From Nemertoderma westbladi (lineage: Eukaryota; Animalia; Xenacoelomorpha), in the NCBI GenBank assembly GCA_032718475.1, contig JAUCBJ010007517.1:8679-72678 (forward strand): DNA of 64,000 bases. The letters are read 5' to 3'. The position numbers and the translations under genes were made by a program. Below the pieces are notes generated by a model. That model was not told the origin of the DNA. It saw only the letters and a list, made by a program, of their open reading frames with translations, and searched no databases. Positions 49,755 through 60,097 of the stretch are shown in pieces. The first letter of the stretch is position 1; every line of letters starts with the position of its first letter.

Positions 49755-52700
49755 ATGACAACAAATAACGTATCCGATACCGACGAGATGGATCACCACA
49801 CAGACTCGGAAGCCGACGAGGTACCAAACGTCAAGAACATGACCCGTCGGTTAGGGGCTCTTAAAGGCGGAGTAACCCGAGCGTATCAACGGATGGAGAA
49901 ACAACTCAAAGGAGTCAAAACCCCCCTCAATGAGGTACAAACTCAGCTTCAAAGTATCCGAAATATCCTACAGCGGTACGAAAGAATGATACAGGCGTAC
50001 CAAGAGCTCATTCCCCCCACCGATCAGGAAAACTACCCCAAGTTGGAAGAACACGTTGTACATCTAGATGGGTTCCGCAAACAACACAGGAGGACTCTCA
50101 GCCTTGTGAGAGGCTATGAGGAACAGTATTACAAGAGGGCTGACGCGGAATCAGTACGATCCTCCAGCATCAGGACAGCAGTACATCGTAAGAGAACGGG
50201 GTCCGCTAGAAATCAGCACTCCAGCGCTAGGAGCGAGATATCCGGCTCGGCGCGCAGTTCTCAAGGGGCGCCGCCACTCCGAGACCAACTGCGAGAACGG
50301 AAGGCATTAGCCCTCAAAGCTCGGATGGAAGATGAGTATATTCAACTGCAAGCCGAGCAAGATGTATTAGCCGCCGAAACACAAAAGCGAGAGGCCGAAC
50401 AAGCGGCCGAACGGCAGGCCGAACAACGCGAACAGGAGGCCGAACAACATAGACGAGAAGCCGAACGGCAGGCCGAACAACGTGAACAGGAGGCCGAACA
50501 ACATAGACGAGAGGCCGAACGACAGGCCGAACAACGCAAACAGGAGGCCGAACAACGTGGACGAGAGGCCGAACGAGAGATCGAACAATGTAAATGGGAA
50601 GCGGAAATGCGTAAACAACACGCCGAGGCCCAAGCAATTCTTATCCACAAAAAGAATGCGGATATTGCAAAATTCGCAGAATACGAAGCCGCACTTATAG
50701 AACGAGATATTCAACTCTACGAGGACTGGGAAAGGGATATAGATCAGGAATATGAACCAATTCCGGTACCGGAGTTAGAAAAGTCATTTACACCAACAGC
50801 GGCGAAACCTCCGAAACCCGAGATCCCGCCTACCAAACAGTCTACGCTATCGGCACAAGCCCCGGTGTTCCATCCCCCACCAGCTACGCTAAAGAATGAG
50901 GAACCTTATTTCCCATCCAACACCACGACAGCGAGTGTACCCAAGTACGAGCCTGAAAGGGACTCGGAACGGGACGCCACTCCCCGATCTAACAACCCAT
51001 TTACATCCACACCACAAACTCGTAGCCGTGTCATTATTAAAACTCCACCTATTATTGATCCATCAAGTATGGGAGTGAGTGCCAATAACTATAACCCTCC
51101 GAGTCACTCTAGTTCAGACGACGTCAGCATCATCCGGGCGTTGGAGAACCGCCTTGCCATGCCTAAGATGGAGATTCGCACCTTCGAAGGAGATCCGGTC
51201 GATTACCTCAGATTCAAGAAACGGTTCTTTGCACAGATCGGATCAACGGACATAGCCGACGCACAGAAATTGGTATATTTATCGCAATACCTGGGTGACA
51301 AACCACGCAGAATTGTTGCATGTTTTGAAGGAGGTTCTCATGAGGCATACTATGACGCATGGAAAACTCTAGATAAAAGATACGGAAATACCGGAACTAT
51401 AATTAATAAAACTCTAGAGAGACTGATACAGGACGCGGGATCACTAGGGGACCCACAGAACATACAGGAATTCTCCGACTCTATGAAGGATGCCTACTAT
51501 ACTCTGAAACCCTTAAATAAAGAGGACCAAGTGAACAACATTCTAAACCTCCGACAGATTGCCAAGAAGTTCCCCGGATGGCTACAAAGTAAGTGGGCTT
51601 ATAAATGTGTAGATCTCCGGCGCAGACATCCAGATCGAGATCCTAGCTTCCTTGAAATGTCGGCATTCCTGGACGATATCTCCGAAGCCATGAATGAATC
51701 GATGTTTTCAAAACAAAGTCTCGCAAAGTTGGACGGAATAGAGAGCAACTCCAGGAGTAAGATAACCCCTCCGAAACCGAGATTCCGCCCCCCACCGGTA
51801 AGTACGATGGCCATTACCATGGCCGAGGATTCCGACGACGAAGACTACGAGGAACCGACATCCGCCGAGGAATGGGCATGTTATCTCGCGAGTTGGGCAC
51901 CCGAAAGGGAAGGCATCACAAATTCCCTGCTCTGTCTCTTCTGTGGGGAGAAACACAAAGTGGAATTCTGCAGAAAGTTTCAGTTCGCCGAACTCGTCCC
52001 ACGCTTCGAGGCGATAATGAAACACCGAGGATGCTTCCGGTGTCTTGGAACAGGTCACTATGTTCGGGAGTGCGACCAAAGATCATGCTGTACTGTCTGT
52101 AACGACCAACGCCATCACACGCTCCTCCACATCCCCGCGAACTTCGATTTTACTACCCTCCCCTTTCGGATCGAAGCCAGGCGAAGAGGAGAAACAAACC
52201 ACATCTTCAAAGGAACCCGGACAACCCAACGGAGAGAAACCAACCCGTTTAAAATCTCCACCGATACACCACAAGTAACCAATATTTCGGCCACGATTAA
52301 TCTTATAAATCGCCGCTACATGGTTTTCGCAAAGGTAATCCCAGTAAGGATCCAAGGAGTGGGCAAATCTTTGACGACACTCGCGTTCCTCGATAACGGG
52401 TCTGACGGAACCATCATCGACCGGGATTTCCTCGAGCAACTCGGCCTAGAATATGAACCTTGCAAACGGCCCATACAAACCATCACCGATAACAGAGAGG
52501 TAGAGTCCGGGGAGGTACAACTCCAGATGGAAGGAGTGATGAAGGGCTACGAAATGGCTAAGTTAACCATCAAGAACGCCTTGGTACACACAGACCTCCG
52601 GGTGCGGTTCCGACAATCAGCCGAGTACGCCCCCCTCATACAATTAGACCGAGACGATGTAGACCTGAGGTGTCCGCAGTTGGACGTGAACCGTATCACC

Positions 52701-54164
52701 CTACTGATTGGACTTGATACACCGGAACTACACATCCCCACCAGAGATATCGCTCGATCTATAAACCAGGATGATGGATTCTATGCTGAACGAACAATAA
52801 TGGGATGGACACTCTGCGGCATTAAGGAGGAAACTACGGACACCTATACCTACCTTCCTAAATGTCAGATTAAAGAGAATGTAACCTCTGTGGGTTATTG
52901 CTCAGCTTCAGATCTTGACGAGGATTTGTTTCTGGAAACCGAGAAAACCCAACGAGAGATGACGAAATATTTTAATTTGGAGACCCAGGAGTTCGCGGAA
53001 AAGGACGAAAACCCATCCGAAGAGGACCAATATTGTATGGACGTTCTCGACCAGGCCACGTTTAAAGACGGACATTGGTGTTCACCTATGTTATGGAAGG
53101 ATCCAAACAAACCAATGGCAAACAACGCCAGCATGGCACTTAGGCGACTTAAAGGGATTCTACGCCGGCTGAATGACCAACCCGAGATAAAGGAGAAATA
53201 TAATACCGTAATCCAAGGATATCTCGATGATGGATTAGCAGAAATGGTACCACGGAATGAACTGCAAGGTGGTGAAAGAACATATTATCTCCCAACCCAC
53301 TATGTAGTAGAAGCCCGCAAAGGTGGGAAAATCCGAGTGGTAAATGATGCTGCCGCTATGTACCAGGGCGAATCCCTAAACAGTCAACTTTACACGGGGC
53401 CCAACATATATAGCACACTCATTGGCGTATTGATCAGGTTCAGGGAAAACCGGGTAGCATTCACCTGTGACATCAAGGCCATGTTTCATCAAGTTCGTAC
53501 GTTACCAAGAGACTCGGACTGTCTACGTATCCTATGGACGGATAAAACACTTACTCAACAGGAGATTAGCCAACTCACGATAAAGGACGTAGACGTAATG
53601 CGTATGGTCGTCAGGATCTTCGGCGCTAAGGACTCGCCGGTAGCATGCAGTGACATGCTAAAGAGGACGGCAACTATGTGCGAAAACGAGTTCCCTCCAA
53701 CTGTCATAGAAACAATTCGACGATGCTTCTACGTGGACGACGGATGCGCCGGCGCGGATAATGTGGATGAGGCATATCGGCTAGCAATGGGGATGGTAGA
53801 ATGTCTAAAGAAAGGAGGGTTTCCGCTCGTGAAGTTCAGATCCCACGACAAAACACTTATGGAAAAGTTTCCGGAGGACATCCGGCTGGAAAATAACAAA
53901 ATGTATTCGGAGGATGTGGAACATCGTGTACTTGGGATTGAATGGGACATAGAATCAGACGAATTCATCTTCAAGTATAAACCCCTACCCAAGCCTATGA
54001 CAAAAAGGGGATGTTTGTCGATAAAAAGCGCCATCTTCGACCCACTAAATTTCATATCTCCAGTAACCTTGGCCGGAATGAACCTGATTAAGGAAATGTG
54101 GATAGAAGGACTGGGATGGGACGAAGAGCTCCCCCCATACCTCAGCGTCAAATTGAGAAAATGA
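49755..54164 (+). CDS. Element C Gag-PR-RT polyprotein, 1469 aa, truncated before RNase H
   Basis: FEGDPVDY...LDKRYG, CLFC/CFRCLGTGHYVREC/CTVC..HH, FLDNGS, YVDD, IFDPL, GWDEEL; the stop is created by the deletion junction. Confidence 0.92.
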   Translation: MTTNNVSDTDEMDHHTDSEADEVPNVKNMTRRLGALKGGVTRAYQRMEKQLKGVKTPLNEVQTQLQSIRNILQRYERMIQAYQELIPPTDQENYPKLEEHVVHLDGFRKQHRRTLSLVRGYEEQYYKRADAESVRSSSIRTAVHRKRTGSARNQHSSARSEISGSARSSQGAPPLRDQLRERKALALKARMEDEYIQLQAEQDVLAAETQKREAEQAAERQAEQREQEAEQHRREAERQAEQREQEAEQHRREAERQAEQRKQEAEQRGREAEREIEQCKWEAEMRKQHAEAQAILIHKKNADIAKFAEYEAALIERDIQLYEDWERDIDQEYEPIPVPELEKSFTPTAAKPPKPEIPPTKQSTLSAQAPVFHPPPATLKNEEPYFPSNTTTASVPKYEPERDSERDATPRSNNPFTSTPQTRSRVIIKTPPIIDPSSMGVSANNYNPPSHSSSDDVSIIRALENRLAMPKMEIRTFEGDPVDYLRFKKRFFAQIGSTDIADAQKLVYLSQYLGDKPRRIVACFEGGSHEAYYDAWKTLDKRYGNTGTIINKTLERLIQDAGSLGDPQNIQEFSDSMKDAYYTLKPLNKEDQVNNILNLRQIAKKFPGWLQSKWAYKCVDLRRRHPDRDPSFLEMSAFLDDISEAMNESMFSKQSLAKLDGIESNSRSKITPPKPRFRPPPVSTMAITMAEDSDDEDYEEPTSAEEWACYLASWAPEREGITNSLLCLFCGEKHKVEFCRKFQFAELVPRFEAIMKHRGCFRCLGTGHYVRECDQRSCCTVCNDQRHHTLLHIPANFDFTTLPFRIEARRRGETNHIFKGTRTTQRRETNPFKISTDTPQVTNISATINLINRRYMVFAKVIPVRIQGVGKSLTTLAFLDNGSDGTIIDRDFLEQLGLEYEPCKRPIQTITDNREVESGEVQLQMEGVMKGYEMAKLTIKNALVHTDLRVRFRQSAEYAPLIQLDRDDVDLRCPQLDVNRITLLIGLDTPELHIPTRDIARSINQDDGFYAERTIMGWTLCGIKEETTDTYTYLPKCQIKENVTSVGYCSASDLDEDLFLETEKTQREMTKYFNLETQEFAEKDENPSEEDQYCMDVLDQATFKDGHWCSPMLWKDPNKPMANNASMALRRLKGILRRLNDQPEIKEKYNTVIQGYLDDGLAEMVPRNELQGGERTYYLPTHYVVEARKGGKIRVVNDAAAMYQGESLNSQLYTGPNIYSTLIGVLIRFRENRVAFTCDIKAMFHQVRTLPRDSDCLRILWTDKTLTQQEISQLTIKDVDVMRMVVRIFGAKDSPVACSDMLKRTATMCENEFPPTVIETIRRCFYVDDGCAGADNVDEAYRLAMGMVECLKKGGFPLVKFRSHDKTLMEKFPEDIRLENNKMYSEDVEHRVLGIEWDIESDEFIFKYKPLPKPMTKRGCLSIKSAIFDPLNFISPVTLAGMNLIKEMWIEGLGWDEELPPYLSVKLRK

Positions 54165-55099
54165 CTGCTTGTACTGGGATTTGCGACGGGAACCGACGAC
54201 AGACCCCTTAGCCAAGCCGTACTGGTTCTCGATGATCGTTCCCTTCGGGGTTCGTGAGGGGTGGAACGGACACGCGATGGGGTCGAAAGACAAAGGACTA
54301 GACTCGAGTAGACTCTACTGGCCTACCGACTGTTCGGAGCAGTTTCTCGGCTGCCGAAGCGACTACGAGCCTGAAACGGACTCGGAAAGCCTAGGTGGTT
54401 GGGTTTCTGTGATGAACTGGCGGACCCCTAGCCAAGCCGTTCTGGTTCTTGATGATCGAACCCTTCGGGGTTCGTGAGGGGTGGAACGGACACGCGAACG
54501 GGTCCACCGACACGACAGACTCCTAGCCAAGCCGTACTGGTTCTCGATGACCGAACCACCCTTCGGGGTTCGAGAGGGGTGGTACGGATACGCAACAGAG
54601 TCTACCGACTGGACCGACCCTTAGCCAAGCCGTGCTGGTTCTCGATGATCGTTCCCTTCGGGGTTCGTGAGGGGTGGAACGGACACGCGACAGGGTCGAC
54701 CGACACCGACACTACGGCACTAAGACTGGGACCGAGGGAAAATCTGGGGAACATTAGGTAGGCTAAAATTCTGAGCAAACAGTGGGTTATTAAATAATAT
54801 ACTGTAGGGATTTATATTATCGTGTATAATTATTGTGAATATTTGGTGTATATTGATTTGGGGAAGCCCAAAATTATTCTTAATCAAGTTTCAATGATGT
54901 TGAACGGGTTTCAACTATAGGAAGTTACATTAAAGAGTATATCCAACTAATGCAGCTTTTTATCAACCGCAAACTTGCATCTCAGAAAATATTCCCTCCC
55001 CACAATCAATATCCGGTGACTGGCCGGGGCTCGGTGGTCTGTTAAGTCACGTCTCCAGCATCGGCGTTTTTCCCCCCTGGTGTAGGGATAACGGCAACA
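54162..55099 (+). repeat. Element C 3' LTR (5'-truncated)
   Basis: Near-identical to 48381-49315 with a 3-bp insertion near 54556. Confidence 0.92.
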
Positions 55100-55768
55100 T
55101 GCAGATTCCAAAATGGTTAGTTAGTATGCGTTCTAACACGGTAGTACGACTTATTCTTTAAGAGGGGATTGACCTTACAGCTCTGGCTGCCCCAACTTAC
55201 TAACTGGCACTTTATCAGACAAACTCTACACACGCAGCAATCTCTTCAGACCTAATAATAGCTAGACAACAATCCAGCCTACAAAATATCTGAGTAATAA
55301 CTATTACGGTACCTGAACAGACCACACAAACAAACACAGGCCAAAATGCTGGCAGAATACTGTCAAGCCTAAATAAACTACAGTATGTGCAGATTCCAAA
55401 ATGGTTAGTTAGTATGCGTTCTAACACGGTAGTACGACTTATTCTTTAAGAGGGGATTGACCTTACAGCTATGGCTGCCCCAACTTACTAACTGGCACTT
55501 TATCGGACAAACTCCACACACGCCGCAATCTCTCCAGACTCAACAACAGTCAGACAACAGTCCAGCCTACAATTATCTGAACAATCTGAGCAGACTTACA
55601 CATCTTCAGCTCAATATTAACTTACTAGGAAATAAAACTGACAGAAATAAGTAAACTATACAAAAGAATGAGGGGTGATCAATCCCTATTCCCCTGGCAG
55701 CCTACAATATACTATAGATCTCAATCGAAATAATACTAATGTACTTGTACTGGAAGTACCGGTTAGGA

Positions 55769-55917
55769 CAGTTGGGCCTACAGACCTACAGCAGTACCGA
55801 TTCTGGCAGTTGGGCCTATGGACCTACAGCAGTACCGGTTCTGGCAGTTGGGCCTACGGACCTACAGCAGTACCGGTTCTGGCAGTTGGGCCTACGGACC
55901 TACAGCAGTACCGGTTC
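55769..55917. repeat. 38-bp tandem repeat in the family A leader (4 units; 2 units in A1 at 12186-12260)
   Basis: Unit GGCAGTTGGGCCTACGGACCTACAGCAGTACCGGTTCT. Confidence 0.9.
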
Positions 55918-55982
55918 AGGTTTACCGGTCGACCGGTACTTTCAACTTTATTGCTTACTGCAATAAAGAATATAACTGTTAT

Positions 55983-56972
55983 TGTACGCGCTTTTGAAGA
56001 CCTTTAGCAGTTTAACCTGCCAAATTTTATATGTCTTTTGGTTTATAAATAGACTTTAGAAATTGACAAATATTTAATACCAATAAACACAACATTAGCA
56101 GAAGCCAGCCTAGTGCGCGTCCATTCACCCGCTGGATATACCCGGGAGACTGGATTCTGAGGGCTTAGATTGTTATTGCAGCAGTGTAAGCTTACTGTAT
56201 TATTCGATTGATCGTTAATAAATAATTTCTGACTAATATTATTCACTTTCGGGAAATATTAACAGTTCCTTTAGGACGTGGCGCTCTATCTAGGTAAACA
56301 GAGATATGACTTATACTAAACACAACGGTAAGTCGGGAAGGCTTATGATTCACGTATGAGGCGCATTCTTTAGGAAATGCTTAGTTATCAGTCACAATCA
56401 TGCACACTACCGGTAACACACAATGCTGCACACTAATCTGCCGACTGTCAATGAATTTTATCATATATAAAGAGAACAGCAATTGACTCATGTAGTGCCT
56501 ATCAAATAGCATTAAACTCACTACAAACCACGATAATATAAGTCGCAATCGCTATATGTAACCTGTCTCTCTAACCTGTAGTGTATCAAGAAAATTGGGA
56601 AATTTGGGTTCTTTTATAGATATTCTCCAAATAATATTCAACCAATATCACAAAAAATAACAACAGTAAAAGCATTAAGACGGTAGGTTAAGATATGATA
56701 TGACAATGTATGTGCCGTATTGATCGGGTTGTTATGATATGATTGATATGATATGATTGATAACAGTTATACGCTCTATAATCTAAGCTCTGCTGCTATA
56801 GCTCTGGTTGGCCGATAGAACATAGTAAAGAGCCCCTCGTATAACAAATCAGCCAATCAGCCGGTCGCTTTGCATCATTCGAGTTAGAGAGCTTTTTAGA
56901 GTATTCCAGCGCCTGGGGGGAAACTGGATTGCAAAGCAAAAGGGCCAGTTATATCCCACAAAAGCTTTTACA
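55983..56972 (-). repeat. A2 5' LTR (990 bp)
   Basis: Direct repeat of 24662-25647; CCAAT box near 56853. Confidence 0.95.
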
Positions 56973-57149
56973 TAACGTGCCACTGTAACCTGCTCCTTTC
57001 CCTAAATTGAGAATTTAACATTGAGGCGGGATATTAATTCGCAGCCCTACCGTTACCGTTACTGCTGCACTGTCAGCTCATGATTTAGTATCTTAATTCT
57101 GAATCTTATCTTAATTCTTTGCAGTTGGGGTGGGGCATTTGGCGCGGAA

Positions 57150-57265
57150 GGGGGTCATTCATTACGCGCTAGGCGAGTATACCCGGGGGGTCATTACGCG
57201 CTAGGCGATTACGCCCGGTTGCGTAGGCCTATTCTACAGGGGGGCAATTTCGACTGGGACACCGG
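57150..57265. mobile_element. Short DNA-transposon end fragment
   Basis: Two GGGGGTCATT...ACGCGCTAGGCGA units followed by an ...ACACCGG terminus-like sequence; no partner end found. Confidence 0.35.
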
Positions 57266-57889
57266 AACATGTTTTAGCCTGCATTATCCTATTTCTGTAT
57301 TTTATATTTTTTAGTACAGTAGTAATAATTAGGCCTATCTAGCGTGCTAACTACTGAACTACAGTAGGCTCTTCGGTCAACTGTATAATAATCCCCCTTC
57401 CTCCAGTCCTCGTTCCGTGTCGCTTTCTGTTTTTGTTCTTTTTTATTCCTATGCATTTCACCTTATTCAGTTATTTTTTATCTTGTTGTCTTTGTTCTTT
57501 TTATTCTATTGCATTTTGTTTATTATACGTTGTTATAGCAGTATAGTGATATACAAGAGATGCACCCATAAGTGAAACTATTGCCATATACAGATATTGT
57601 CCAATTCAAATTACATAATTATTGCGTGTCCCTGTATAGTGGCTAATGCTGTAGTGTTTAGGCCTACTTTCATTCAGATGTTCTGATGTTAGGCCTATAT
57701 TATATTTCAGTATTTATATGTATTTCAGTTAGTAATTTTTACTTGTGTAGTAATCTGTAGTGTCTACCACTAACTTACAGACTTATTAATACTGTAATAG
57801 GCATACAATACAGTACAGCACAGCAGCAGTAGCCTACCTAAAATTAGTATGATGTAACTTCGACTGTTCGACGAAAAAGAGAACGAAAG

Positions 57890-60097
57890 ATGCCACGATG
57901 TTTTGGTGTCAACTATCTGGAAGAATTTGTGGTTAAGAAGCGTCAATTTAAACGGTGGCTATTTTTAACTCTTCCTTACACGAATTCCAAATATACCGGT
58001 ACATGTGAGAATAAGGTTGACAGTAATATCGATTTATATTGTCCATGGAAAGCATTTACTTCAACCCTCCCTTCTGCTTCTATGTGCGACATTGATTTGT
58101 GTTTCGAAGGTGACATTAAAAAATTGAAGTGTTTTGTAGAAGATTCATCTCGTGTATACGAATCAGTTTCATCATATCAATCTGATTCATTACTGGAAAA
58201 CAAAACATTATGTTCCCCTGAAATTATCCGTAGTTCTGACCCAGATTCCTTGAGTCCAACCTCCGATGATATTCGAAGTGTTAAAGAAACTTTAGTTTTA
58301 TGTTCCATTCTCGATATTGCTAATTCGCAACGCCATGATGATTATGTTTCTCAACCGACTAGATTGGTTTGTCAGGACGGTTTGTTAGCTTTCGAAGACA
58401 TAGATCTTGCAAGCAGTGTTTCATGTTTTTATGATAGACTGCCAACAATATCGGATTTGATAAAACGCGTGAAACATTTCCCCTACATTGGATCGAATCC
58501 CACCATTGATTTCTTCAAACACAAAGTCGATTTATTTAAATCGGTTGAGCCATTCAATTCCAGTTATGAAGGAATTGCAAATCTACACGAATTTAACGAT
58601 GAAATATTAACGAATAATCTGTTAAAATATTTTAATTTTCCTGATCGCGGTCAACCGGAGTTTTTGCTGCCCCTTGATGCTCCTTTATTTGACGACTACG
58701 AATTACCTAATAATCTGTTTAGAGCTGAAATTATCCGCCCAACTGAGACGGAAAAATGCGATGCGTCGAAGGAAATATCGGCGTTTGTTGATTCCGACTT
58801 CGTTCCCGATGTTATTAAGTTATTGAGTTCCTCCGCCCCCTCGGGATTGCAGGCAGATAAGTTAGCCGAGTTTAGCCGCTCGCGAGTCGTCACAACCGAC
58901 GATTATTTACTAAACCAATTCGGCAAATCGATCAGCGGCAATCTCGATAGGTTGACATTCGATTTGGCGGATGAAATCGTTGCGTACCGGCCACCGATGG
59001 ACTTCGGTCCTCCTGTAAGCGCGTCGCGCATGGACGCCATAGAGGGCGACCTAGTCGATCAGTTGAAAAGATGTTCGGAAATTCTTTCAAACTCATGTCA
59101 ATCGGCTAAGTTTCTAGGGAAGTTAGAATCCCGTTGTTGCGAGGAATTATTCTTCCCTCTAACTTCTACGAGTAACTCCAGAGAAACTCTTTCTAGTCGG
59201 TTTAAACGCCCTTCTTACGAAAGTCTAATCGACAACGTCAAAAAGACTCGTTGCTCTCTATCGAGAAATTACAAATCAGTTAACTGGTCTACTAAATCTA
59301 ATTTAATTGCTGAAACTAAAATAAACCAAATTGAAATGTTCCCCCGTGGTAGGAACGTTCCGAATGTGTTTAATATGGCGAAATATTGTTCCAATGAGTT
59401 CCTTTCGATTAATTCCCCGCGATCGGTGGACGATAAGGATATCCTCCTCCCTTTTTCTCGCGACTCGTTTAAGTTCGGTTACATGTTACCGGAAGGGGAT
59501 AAACCCACAGTCTGTTCGACTTCCGGCGAGCCACGGAAACAAGATGACGTCACTGATACCAGTGGGAATTCGAGACGATATATTATTGGGGATGCTGGGC
59601 GCGGTTTACGTCATGGGACATCCGTTCCTCCTATTAAACGGGGTCTCCCTTTGCCACAGGAAATGCCTGTTCACTCTCGATATTCCAAATACTCCAAGTT
59701 TCCCAACAGAAATCGTTTGATGGATCCACATGGAGAGGAACCGTCGGTTTCTGCTGCCCTTGGGTTGGATAGGAGCCGCGCCGTTGGTGCCCACAGAGGT
59801 GGCAGGCTTGTGCCGAACCGTAGTACCTATGAGCCGAGCAAGAGTACCCACGTGCAATACACTGGTGCCCATGGACAGAGAAATAGCGCTCCTGGGCAGA
59901 CCCATATTGCCCAGGGACAATATCCTAGTGCCCAGCCGCAGTACCCTGGAGCCCGCAGTAGTGCCCAGGGACCGTACTGTAGTACCCCCAAGCCCAAACA
60001 TGACGGAAGTAGCTCTAACTTACTCAACCAAGTATTCTTCCTCCAAGGCATGTCTGGCTATACTAGACCAGCTACTAGCAATAAACCTAAACAGTGA
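57890..60097 (+). CDS. SHOC1: Host ORF, 735 aa, probable SHOC1/ZIP2-like meiotic crossover protein N-terminal part
   Basis: Long uninterrupted non-TE ORF. VNYLEEFVVKKR...LFLTLP, CPW and LPTISDLIKRVK resemble, from memory, the conserved N-terminal blocks of vertebrate SHOC1/C9orf84. Not verified by search. Confidence 0.5.
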   Translation: MPRCFGVNYLEEFVVKKRQFKRWLFLTLPYTNSKYTGTCENKVDSNIDLYCPWKAFTSTLPSASMCDIDLCFEGDIKKLKCFVEDSSRVYESVSSYQSDSLLENKTLCSPEIIRSSDPDSLSPTSDDIRSVKETLVLCSILDIANSQRHDDYVSQPTRLVCQDGLLAFEDIDLASSVSCFYDRLPTISDLIKRVKHFPYIGSNPTIDFFKHKVDLFKSVEPFNSSYEGIANLHEFNDEILTNNLLKYFNFPDRGQPEFLLPLDAPLFDDYELPNNLFRAEIIRPTETEKCDASKEISAFVDSDFVPDVIKLLSSSAPSGLQADKLAEFSRSRVVTTDDYLLNQFGKSISGNLDRLTFDLADEIVAYRPPMDFGPPVSASRMDAIEGDLVDQLKRCSEILSNSCQSAKFLGKLESRCCEELFFPLTSTSNSRETLSSRFKRPSYESLIDNVKKTRCSLSRNYKSVNWSTKSNLIAETKINQIEMFPRGRNVPNVFNMAKYCSNEFLSINSPRSVDDKDILLPFSRDSFKFGYMLPEGDKPTVCSTSGEPRKQDDVTDTSGNSRRYIIGDAGRGLRHGTSVPPIKRGLPLPQEMPVHSRYSKYSKFPNRNRLMDPHGEEPSVSAALGLDRSRAVGAHRGGRLVPNRSTYEPSKSTHVQYTGAHGQRNSAPGQTHIAQGQYPSAQPQYPGARSSAQGPYCSTPKPKHDGSSSNLLNQVFFLQGMSGYTRPATSNKPKQ

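Larger units (their letters stand above)
47705..55099 (+). mobile_element. BEL/Pao family C element, internally deleted (RH, IN, PPT and 676 bp of 3' U3 lost)
   Basis: TSD TGCAG at 47700-47704 and 55100-55104; 5' LTR 47705-49315; 54162-55099 matches 48381-49315. Confidence 0.94.
24662..56972 (-). mobile_element. BEL/Pao family A copy A2, full-length with three nested insertions (32.3 kb)
   Basis: TG...CA LTRs 24662-25647 and 55983-56972; TSD TAACG at 24657-24661 and 56973-56977; empty paralogous site at 62341. Confidence 0.96.

Noticed and set aside
50314-50714. E/R/Q/A-rich repeats in Gag as a captured host protein
   Set aside because: Charged coiled-coil tracts occur in all three Gags here and are common in BEL/Pao Gag.
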